Source: a virus
Lineage: Duplodnaviria > Caudoviricetes
IMG/VR virus record: IMGVR_UViG_3300047510_001990
Location: 1-61,318 of that record
Length of the DNA stretch: 61,318 bases
Strand: one strand, 5' to 3'
How positions within the stretch are numbered: position 1 is the first letter of the stretch; every line of letters starts with the position of its first letter. The notes beneath the pieces are model-generated. The model searched no databases. It saw only the letters and a program-made list of their open reading frames with translations, and was not told the origin of the DNA. Positions 27,707-34,358 of this stretch are shown here, piece after piece. The position numbers were made by a program, and so were the translations under genes.

Positions 27707-28015
27707 TCACGTCGCAGAATCGTTGAAGGCTACCTCGTAGCCCGGAATTTGACTTCGCAGACGTTCGGCCACCAGTTCCGCGTACCCGGCAATATCCGTC
27801 CAAGAATCGTCGTAGTTGGGGTCGCCGTTGAGAATGCGCGCCACCTTGTGCGCGACCATCTCCAAAGCCTCGCGCTGGTCGGGGCGCAGTCGCGCCCACC
27901 CGTCCTGCATCCTCATGCACTCTTTTAAAGCCTGGGCGATGCGGGCGTGATCCTCGAACTTTCCGTAGCGTTTTCCGCGCTCGGCCAAGGTGTCCTCGAT
28001 GGTGATGGAACTCAT
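27707..28015 (-). CDS. DUF6378-like protein
   Basis: LAERGKRYG.F, MVAHKVARILNGDPNYDDSWTDIAGYA. Confidence 0.8.
   Translation of the reverse strand: MSSITIEDTLAERGKRYGKFEDHARIAQALKECMRMQDGWARLRPDQREALEMVAHKVARILNGDPNYDDSWTDIAGYAELVAERLRSQIPGYEVAFNDSAT
27727..27753 (-). promoter_or_regulatory. Putative late promoter GTCAAAT-N14-TAGCCT upstream of holin
   Basis: Same motif and spacing, 32 nt before the holin ATG. Confidence 0.6.
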
Positions 28016-28272
28016 GCGCGGGTGAATCCTCGAAAGAAAACGGCCTCAAGCAAGGCCAATGGGTTTGGTTCGGGCGGGCGAACACGTCCCCAGCGGGCCG
28101 TAAATTTCCGGCCGGTGCGCTCGATCTTGCCGGTGTTGTAGAGCGCGTTGAGGGCGTCAATCGTCTGCCGGTAGGACGCGCCGGTAGCCTGGGCGATCTC
28201 TTTGCCCGTTAGATCGGTGGGCGACGCCTCGATGACTGCCAGCACACGACACCTCAATGTCGCGCCGGCCAT
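28012..28272 (-). CDS. Winged-helix DNA-binding protein, 86 aa
   Basis: LTGKEIAQATGASYRQTIDALNALYNTGKIER. Confidence 0.7.
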   Translation of the reverse strand: MAGATLRCRVLAVIEASPTDLTGKEIAQATGASYRQTIDALNALYNTGKIERTGRKFTARWGRVRPPEPNPLALLEAVFFRGFTRA

Positions 28273-28277
28273 GTCTG

Positions 28278-28670
28278 TCACCCAAGCGCCGGAGCATCGT
28301 CCGGCAAAATCCCAAAGTAATGGCACACGCACTCTCTTGCCTCCTCTGCTGACCTGCACACATGGGTTGTCCAGCCCTGCGCGTCGTAATGCGCGATCCA
28401 TTCGTTTTGATCGGTTGATAAGCGTCCGGTGTCCGACTTCATTTCGATCACGAGTCCTGGGGCGCTTTCCGTGGCCACGGGAAGGATCAGGTCGGGGAAG
28501 CCTTTATTCACACCCAACGCCTTCATTTGAGCGCCGGTGAAAGCCGACCGCTGTCCGCCGTTCGGGCTGTGATGCAGCCAACGCAAGGCAGGCATAAGCA
28601 ATCGCACCGCTCGGAAGTGCGACCAACGAATAACTCGCGCTTGTTCGACTTCTTCGACGCGTTCTGCCAC
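28278..28670 (-). CDS. VRR-NUC domain nuclease
   Basis: HHSPNGG, GVNKGFPDL, IEMKS..GRLS..Q..W. Confidence 0.88.
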   Translation of the reverse strand: MAERVEEVEQARVIRWSHFRAVRLLMPALRWLHHSPNGGQRSAFTGAQMKALGVNKGFPDLILPVATESAPGLVIEMKSDTGRLSTDQNEWIAHYDAQGWTTHVCRSAEEARECVCHYFGILPDDAPALG

Positions 28671-28723
28671 TGATTTTTCCTTGCTCTATCAACAACTTGA
28701 CCGATGACACGACAATAGCAAAA

Positions 28724-28741
28724 GGTTGAGTTCTTCTCAAC
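28724..28741. promoter_or_regulatory. Operator palindrome GTTGAG-N5-CTCAAC
   Basis: Perfect arms; same consensus as the sites flanking the repressor. Confidence 0.7.
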
Positions 28742-28796
28742 GCCGAAGCGGGACGACGTGATTTCGCCGCTTTCGGCGCTTCTCGCAAACCCGATT

Positions 28797-29075
28797 TTTT
28801 CGGCCCTGTTCTCTCTGCACTCCCGATTCTCGACGTTCCGAGAACAACTAAGTATTTGATTTAACGCCGAAAACAGGCGTTTTTTGGCCCTGTTCTCAAA
28901 TTCCACCCTTTTTTCCTTATCTTTTTCCGAATTTCTTTTTTTTCTGTGGAAAAGGGTGTGGGTGAGGGAATTGAGGTATTTATATATAAAAAATAATAAT
29001 ATATTTAATAAATACAACTACTTACAGCCGCAAAACCTGTTCTCAAAAATCGGGAATTTGAGGGAACCTGTTCTC
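28797..29075. other. Putative replication origin (iterons, AT-rich core, IHF site)
   Basis: CCTGTTCTC at 28805, 28889, 29036, 29067 plus inverted GAGAACA at 28840; AT core ~28977-29013; IHF-consensus TAAGTATTTGATT 28849-28861. Confidence 0.65.
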
Positions 29076-29111
29076 GGCTGGGGAACGCGGGGGCGGCCTG
29101 GGCCAAGGCGC

Positions 29112-29144
29112 GGGCGGTCTGCGGGCGGTCTGCGGCCGGTCTGC
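29112..29144 (+). repeat. 3 x 11-bp tandem repeat GG(G/C)CGGTCTGC
   Basis: Direct reading. Confidence 0.85.
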
Positions 29145-29237
29145 AAGCTAGACAATGACCTTCAATAGTCAAAACAGTGCCTAAAGGCACATGTCAAAAT
29201 TAAATAATACCTGTCACATGGTGACGAATATTTAATC

Positions 29238-29264
29238 TATAATGGATTTTTGAGCTTTACTCAC
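29238..29264 (+). promoter_or_regulatory. -10 TATAAT followed by operator TTGAG-N5-CTCAC for the accessory early operon
   Basis: TATAAT 29238-29243; operator 29250-29264. Confidence 0.65.
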
Positions 29265-29300
29265 ACGCAGTAACCGACTGATCTAACGAGGAAATGACAG

Positions 29301-29549
29301 ATGAACACACTCCAGTACGCAACCGGCCGCACCTACGACGCCCCCCAAGTTTTGACAATCAATGTCGAATCCTTGGTGGCCGACGACTTCGGGTTTCAGG
29401 ACGTGACCGCGACCTTCACGGACGCCAGCCGCCACATCACCGGCCGGGTAAGCGTGGTTGTGTGTGACGGCGACATTGGCCCGGCCGTCCTGGCGGCTTA
29501 TGACGCTGGCCAGTACGACGCGATCTATCGTGTTGTGGAGGTGGCGTAA
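29301..29549 (+). CDS. Hypothetical early protein, 82 aa
   Basis: GAGG SD; first gene of operon. Confidence 0.75.
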   Translation: MNTLQYATGRTYDAPQVLTINVESLVADDFGFQDVTATFTDASRHITGRVSVVVCDGDIGPAVLAAYDAGQYDAIYRVVEVA

Positions 29550-29749
29550 TGAAAACCCCCCTCGGCCTGTACGCCTACCCCGTCGCCATGCTCGCCGCCC
29601 TCGCCGGCTTTGCCGTCGCCCTGTGGGGCGGGCTTGCCGGCTCGCTGGGCCTGCATGAATGCCTGCTGTACGTCCTCCTATCCCTGCTCACCGGCTGGGG
29701 CGCTGCTGCCCGGTTTGACCGGCTCGAACGGCGCATGTGTGACCGCTAA
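29549..29749 (+). CDS. Two-TM membrane protein, 66 aa
   Basis: GGAGG SD, TAATG coupling. Confidence 0.65.
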   Translation: MKTPLGLYAYPVAMLAALAGFAVALWGGLAGSLGLHECLLYVLLSLLTGWGAAARFDRLERRMCDR

Positions 29750-29833
29750 TCCCAGCCTCCGGCCCAGCGTGCTGGGTCGCGGGGTGTGATTCGCACCACA
29801 AACCAACCAACCAACGAACAAGGAAAGAAAGAA

Positions 29834-30163
29834 ATGAACACCGAACCCAACGCTGAATTCGCAATCGCCAAAGACATTCGCAACGGCTGGCAAGCCGAAA
29901 CCCGGATCGCGCTCGAAGGCGGTCGGCACCTGTCCATCACCACCCGCAAAGGCCCGCGTGGCCTGCGCACCAGCGCCCAGGCTTACCGGATCGAAAACGG
30001 ATTCATGACGTTCGTCATGTTTGGCGACTACTCCAAGACCCTCGCCCAAAGCGCCGCCCGCTGCACTGAAAAGGCGGTTGCCGACCTTCACCGGCAGGCA
30101 TTGGGCCAGCTCGACGCCATTAAGGCCGAAGTGCTGGCCTTCTATGCCGCCAAGGGGGAGTAA
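29834..30163 (+). CDS. Hypothetical protein
   Basis: AAGGA SD, start MNTEPN. Confidence 0.75.
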   Translation: MNTEPNAEFAIAKDIRNGWQAETRIALEGGRHLSITTRKGPRGLRTSAQAYRIENGFMTFVMFGDYSKTLAQSAARCTEKAVADLHRQALGQLDAIKAEVLAFYAAKGE

Positions 30164-30166
30164 GCC

Positions 30167-30457
30167 ATGTACGCAAAACTTCAATGGCACACGGAAGGCC
30201 GGCGGGCCTTCCTGATTGAGCCGGACGGCTCGACCTACTGCGAAATCGTCACCGCAGGCGAATGGACGTGCCCCCCGGCCACCGTGGCCCAGGAACTCAC
30301 GCACGCCGTGAATGCGGGTGTGGGCCTGCTGGAAGCCCTGAAAAACCTAATGGCCCACCCGCACATCGCCGCGTACCTGCCCTACGCCCCGCACGACAAA
30401 GTGATGCGTGCGGCATTGGAAGCGATCGCCAAGGCCGAGGGGGTGAGCCATGCGTAA
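30167..30457 (+). CDS. Hypothetical early protein (LLEAL...AIAKAEG family)
   Basis: GGAG SD; C-terminus shared with next gene. Confidence 0.7.
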   Translation: MYAKLQWHTEGRRAFLIEPDGSTYCEIVTAGEWTCPPATVAQELTHAVNAGVGLLEALKNLMAHPHIAAYLPYAPHDKVMRAALEAIAKAEGVSHA

Positions 30458-30740
30458 TCACACGCCGGGGCCGTGGCGTACCGGCCACCACGGGGAATGG
30501 GTAATCGCGCAAGACCCCGAGATCGGTGAATCTGTTGTCGCCATTGTAGAGGGGCCGAGCTGGAAGGCGAATGCCATGTTGATGGCCAGCGCCCCCGAAC
30601 TGCTGTCAGCGTTAAAAAATGCCGCGAACGTGTTAGCAGCGGTGGCGACAGGTCAGCTACCGTCGATCGGCACCGACAGCGCCGCGCTAAAACTCGCCCG
30701 CGCTGCGATCGCCAAGGCGGAGGGGGTGAATGATGAGTAA
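30450..30740 (+). CDS. Hypothetical early protein (HTPGPW...APELL...AIAKAEG family)
   Basis: Common phage early-gene motif. Confidence 0.75.
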   Translation: MRNHTPGPWRTGHHGEWVIAQDPEIGESVVAIVEGPSWKANAMLMASAPELLSALKNAANVLAAVATGQLPSIGTDSAALKLARAAIAKAEGVNDE

Positions 30741-31017
30741 ATTTACTAAGGGCACTTGGGTAGCGGTCGGCGCCTGGGTCGAGCATGTCAGCGACAGCAA
30801 GGCCGACATATGCAACTGCGACCCGGCAAGCATGGGCCAGGAACATCTGAAGCGCAGCGACGCGGAACAGCGCGCCAATGCCCGCCTGATTGCTGCCGCG
30901 CCGACCATGCACGCGCTACTGACGATGGCCGTGGCCAGGATTGAGCTAGAGGACGCCCCGCCGATGCTGGCGGCATGGGCGGAGGATGCCCGGCAATTAC
31001 TGGAGCGGATCAAATGA
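30733..31017 (+). CDS. Hypothetical early protein (FTKGTW...ANARLIAAAP family)
   Basis: Related to preceding gene. Confidence 0.75.
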   Translation: MSKFTKGTWVAVGAWVEHVSDSKADICNCDPASMGQEHLKRSDAEQRANARLIAAAPTMHALLTMAVARIELEDAPPMLAAWAEDARQLLERIK

Positions 31018-31166
31018 CCCGCTACGGCCTGCTAGACGAGTCAGGCGATGTAATCCGGTGGGTGTGGCAATGCCCGCCCGCCGGCGTGCCCTACACCGCC
31101 CAGGACATGACCCCAACACGCCCCGAGGCAATCGACTGGAACAACTTTGAGGAGGCGCCGTTTTGA
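31014..31166 (+). CDS. Hypothetical protein, 50 aa
   Basis: ATGA coupling; ends EEAPF. Confidence 0.6.
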   Translation: MTRYGLLDESGDVIRWVWQCPPAGVPYTAQDMTPTRPEAIDWNNFEEAPF

Positions 31167-31645
31167 GAAAGGGCAGCAAGCGAAAAGTCAGGCCCAGGGC
31201 AATTCCGACGCTGGTGTTCCTGCACACGATACCTGACGTGGAGATAGCGCAACGCACCGCGCTCGAAGCCTTCCGGGAGGGATACGCAAGCCCCGGCCAA
31301 TTCGATATTTTGTTGGACAGCCGCGACCTACTGTTTTTGTCTGCCAAGGCGCGGCGCGATGAGAAGGTTTTAAAGGTGTGTGCGATAGCCAATGACGTGC
31401 TTGGAGCGGTTAAGGCGTCATGGGACGGGGAGCGATTCGCCCCGGTGGATGGCGATTCGCTAAACACCCTGCGTGTTTTAGTCGATATTTCAAGTGACTG
31501 GTGGAAACGTCAGTCGGGTGTCATGTACCAGCGCGCATATACGGTCTTAAAAGACTGGCGCCAATATCAAAATGATTCAGGGAGGAATCATGAAAGTCCA
31601 AGCGACGGCACACGAGCCGACCAAGCCGGGTTGGTATGTAGTTGA
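31163..31645 (+). CDS. Hypothetical protein
   Basis: GAGGAGG SD, TTG start overlapping stop. Confidence 0.6.
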   Translation: MRKGSKRKVRPRAIPTLVFLHTIPDVEIAQRTALEAFREGYASPGQFDILLDSRDLLFLSAKARRDEKVLKVCAIANDVLGAVKASWDGERFAPVDGDSLNTLRVLVDISSDWWKRQSGVMYQRAYTVLKDWRQYQNDSGRNHESPSDGTRADQAGLVCS

Positions 31646-31823
31646 GTGGGCGGAGTTTCCAGCTTCCCCCGCCCTTCTTTACTACGACGAGCGCGGATGG
31701 CAGCGGCAACCGGGAGTGGATAGCTTTTTTGGTGTCCGTGAAGGCGATGTTTGGTGGGAGCCAAATCAAGCCCACGATTTCACCATGTTTTTGTTAAGGG
31801 TTCTTACGAGCGAAGTCCAATAA
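31590..31823 (+). CDS. Hypothetical protein
   Basis: GGGAGG SD; PTKPGWYVV motif. Confidence 0.65.
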   Translation: MKVQATAHEPTKPGWYVVEWAEFPASPALLYYDERGWQRQPGVDSFFGVREGDVWWEPNQAHDFTMFLLRVLTSEVQ

Positions 31824-31846
31824 ACCAAAAAAACGGGAGGTCTGCA

Positions 31847-31927
31847 ATGAATAGCCAGGAGTTGCAGTTGGTTGTATTCGGTTTTGCGCTTTGTAGTTTT
31901 TTGTTCCTGATTTTTGGGGACGACTGA
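31847..31927 (+). CDS. 26-aa membrane peptide
   Basis: GGGAGG SD; MNSQELQLVVFGFALCSFLFLIFGDD. Confidence 0.5.
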   Translation: MNSQELQLVVFGFALCSFLFLIFGDD

Positions 31928-31928
31928 C

Positions 31929-32276
31929 ATGGGCCGCGTGGAGAAAGTGGCTTTAGAAATGCTGAACGCGGGCAAGGTGATCTGCAAATACGACCTTGCC
32001 GCCGTTGCCCACTGCGACCAGCGAACGGCACAGCGCGTGCTCAAAAAAATTCATTCTTCGAGCGTCGGAGTGAGAATTTCTCGATGGGCGACTATTTATC
32101 GTCAATACATACCCCTGTTTTTTAAAGGTCCAGGGGCCGACTTTCCCAAGCCATCGCCAAAAACCAGCGCGGAAAGAGCAAGAAAGCGTCGCAAAGACCC
32201 GGAAGTGCGATGGAGCGAAATGATGAAGAAACGAGCAATTCGATTGCACGAGCGGAGCATAAGGGGGGCGGCATGA
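31929..32276 (+). CDS. Putative HTH DNA-binding protein
   Basis: KYDLAAVAHCDQRTAQRVLKKIH; basic C-terminus. Confidence 0.6.
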   Translation: MGRVEKVALEMLNAGKVICKYDLAAVAHCDQRTAQRVLKKIHSSSVGVRISRWATIYRQYIPLFFKGPGADFPKPSPKTSAERARKRRKDPEVRWSEMMKKRAIRLHERSIRGAA

Positions 32277-32518
32277 GGCCACACAAAAAATACTTCACCG
32301 TAGTTTATGAGTGGATGAACAGCGCCCGAACACGCGAATTGATGAGCGCACCGGATGCCGTGGCCGGCGCACATACACACGCGCTAAGGGAGCGCGACTG
32401 CTGGCGGGAATTGGTCCAAATGTCGGAGGTGCCTCACAACATTGAGGAGGTGGCGCAGGCAATCGAACGTATCCAACAAACAGACAGGGGGGAAAAATGT
32501 ACGAGTACCGGGCAATAG
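32273..32518 (+). CDS. Hypothetical protein
   Basis: ATGA coupling. Confidence 0.55.
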   Translation: MRPHKKYFTVVYEWMNSARTRELMSAPDAVAGAHTHALRERDCWRELVQMSEVPHNIEEVAQAIERIQQTDRGEKCTSTGQ

Positions 32519-32823
32519 TCGAAAACGTGGTTGATGGGGACACCATCGATTTATCTATCGACGTTGGATTTAAGCTGACCACCCGCCAACGGGTGCGGCT
32601 GGCCGGCATCGACACGCCCGAGAAGGGAAAACCCGGATACGCCGCCGCCAAGGATTTTGTGCGCGAGGCGATCCTTGGAAAACCCGTGGCGGTGCGCACT
32701 GAGAAGGTGTCGAAGTGGGGCTATTACGTTGCCCACGTCACGCTATCTGACGGCAAGGATTTAAGCGGGACACTGATTGCGGCTCAATTGGCAAAACCCT
32801 ACGACGGGGGGGCAAAAGAATGA
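32497..32823 (+). CDS. Thermonuclease (SNase-like)
   Basis: VVDGDTID...RVRLAGIDTPE...KWGYY. Confidence 0.9.
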   Translation: MYEYRAIVENVVDGDTIDLSIDVGFKLTTRQRVRLAGIDTPEKGKPGYAAAKDFVREAILGKPVAVRTEKVSKWGYYVAHVTLSDGKDLSGTLIAAQLAKPYDGGAKE

Positions 32824-33053
32824 GGGATATCACCAAATTTGTCGCAAATTCGAAGCTACTCCGCAGTGCGGTGGAAAAGTGGCGTGCGGAACTCCCACCG
32901 GCCAACGACCCATCCATTAAGGCGCTCAACGAGATCCGGCGCGACACCGCCGACAAACTCGACCAGATTGCGGAAATGTGGCGCAGCGAAAACAAGTTGA
33001 TCCACGAGGGCGCAGCGAGAAGATTAGCCGCTGAACTGAGGAAAAAGATATGA
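32820..33053 (+). CDS. Hypothetical protein, 77 aa
   Basis: Coupled ORF. Confidence 0.6.
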   Translation: MRDITKFVANSKLLRSAVEKWRAELPPANDPSIKALNEIRRDTADKLDQIAEMWRSENKLIHEGAARRLAAELRKKI

Positions 33054-33180
33054 GCCTGCGATTGGCGCACTCACGCCCCGAGAAATTGGGGTGCGATTGT
33101 TCAGTATTTCAATTGTGGCTTTCGTGCGCTTATTTCTGGCCGGCTTTCTGGTGCGCGGTGTGGAGGCTGCCAAGGTGAAG

Positions 33181-33381
33181 ATGGAATGCTTTAGAAACGA
33201 CTGCAAGGAAGTATTTGTCGAGGGCCATGGCGTGACCGTGACGGTTAATACCTGGGCGAATTGCGAGGGTGTGTCTTTTATGGTGCATGGAAAAGACGGC
33301 GCAATTCGAACCGCGTCCAGTATGCGCTGGGAGGAGCTGGACGTGTTGTTGTGTGGCCTTGTTGCAGCGAGGGGCGCATGA
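33181..33381 (+). CDS. Hypothetical protein
   Basis: Start uncertain; coupled to next gene. Confidence 0.55.
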   Translation: MECFRNDCKEVFVEGHGVTVTVNTWANCEGVSFMVHGKDGAIRTASSMRWEELDVLLCGLVAARGA

Positions 33382-33578
33382 CCATTAGGGATTCCTCAGA
33401 CGGGCGGGCAGTGGTTGATACGGAGTATTTCTGGCGGCCTATTGCCACCTGCCCGACCGGGCGCAAGGTGCAGCTTATTAACAAACACCTTGGATGCGCG
33501 GCATATGGCACGCACAACCCGAAATACACATTTTGGACGCATTGGGCACCACTGCCCAAATTTAAAGACGAAAAATGA
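33378..33578 (+). CDS. DUF551-like small protein
   Basis: WRPIATCP.G....THWAPLP. Confidence 0.75.
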   Translation: MTIRDSSDGRAVVDTEYFWRPIATCPTGRKVQLINKHLGCAAYGTHNPKYTFWTHWAPLPKFKDEK

Positions 33579-33769
33579 AAGACAAAGACTTTTACCAAAC
33601 TGTCGGGCGAGATTTTTTAAGGGCAAGAGTCGATCGCCTGATTGAGTCAGGAAAAAAACACCAAAGGAAAATTGACGATGAACAGAACGGAAAGCGTGGG
33701 GAGCGTCACGTCGATGATGGCGAGGGTAACGATAGAACAGGAGGAACCGGACGAAATTCAACACCTTAA
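33575..33769 (+). CDS. Hypothetical protein
   Basis: ATGA coupling; 3' half overlaps next gene. Confidence 0.45.
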   Translation: MKDKDFYQTVGRDFLRARVDRLIESGKKHQRKIDDEQNGKRGERHVDDGEGNDRTGGTGRNSTP

Positions 33770-33947
33770 AGAAAAGATTGCCGACCAAGAGGCAATGGTT
33801 ACTTGGTATCGGGAAAGTAACGAAAAATTGATGGCCGACGCCGCGCGGTGGAACTACGCCAAGAACAATTATTACAAAAAGCTAGGGTATGAAACGCCTG
33901 ACGAGGTGCAAAAAACGGTTGATGGGGACATGGGCAGGGAAAAATGA
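33678..33947 (+). CDS. Hypothetical coiled-coil protein
   Basis: AAGGA SD; DAARW motif. Confidence 0.65.
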   Translation: MNRTESVGSVTSMMARVTIEQEEPDEIQHLKEKIADQEAMVTWYRESNEKLMADAARWNYAKNNYYKKLGYETPDEVQKTVDGDMGREK

Positions 33948-34267
33948 GCTTCAAGAAAAATGTGAAGCTGTCACCCCCGGTGGTTGGGCCGTTTTTAACC
34001 ATCCGGGAGGTAGCCATTCTGGAAGGTGTGACGCAGCGCAAGATCCGCGACTTGTGCCGGGCCAACAAGATTTACCCGGCGCAGGTTATCGGCGGGCGGT
34101 GGCGCATCGGGGCCGGGTATCTGTTTTCGCTCGGGCCGGCTGGAAGCATGAAAGAGGTGCGCCGCAAGCGTGGGCGCCCGCCCGGTGCAAAAAACAAGCG
34201 ACCGTACCCCAAAGGGGTAAAGCGGCCGCGCGTAAAAAAGACACAGGAGAATGAAAATGTGGTTTGA
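33944..34267 (+). CDS. Excisionase-like HTH protein with AT-hook-like tail
   Basis: FLTIREVAILEGVTQRKIRDLC...GGRWRI; RKRGRPPG. Confidence 0.75.
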   Translation: MSFKKNVKLSPPVVGPFLTIREVAILEGVTQRKIRDLCRANKIYPAQVIGGRWRIGAGYLFSLGPAGSMKEVRRKRGRPPGAKNKRPYPKGVKRPRVKKTQENENVV

Positions 34268-34358
34268 CATGATGAATTGGGAAGCGGTCTTTATCCTGGC
34301 CGGCATGTGGGTGTGTTTCAAAGCCGGCCAGTGGCATGAGCGGGACAAGCCCCGCTAA
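34251..34358 (+). CDS. 35-aa membrane peptide
   Basis: AGGAG SD; ends at the convergent primase stop. Confidence 0.4.
   Translation: MKMWFDMMNWEAVFILAGMWVCFKAGQWHERDKPR

Noticed and set aside
28523-29190. ORFs 28523..29017, 28884..29168 and 29005..29190
   Set aside because: Run through the iteron/AT-rich origin candidate with low-complexity products
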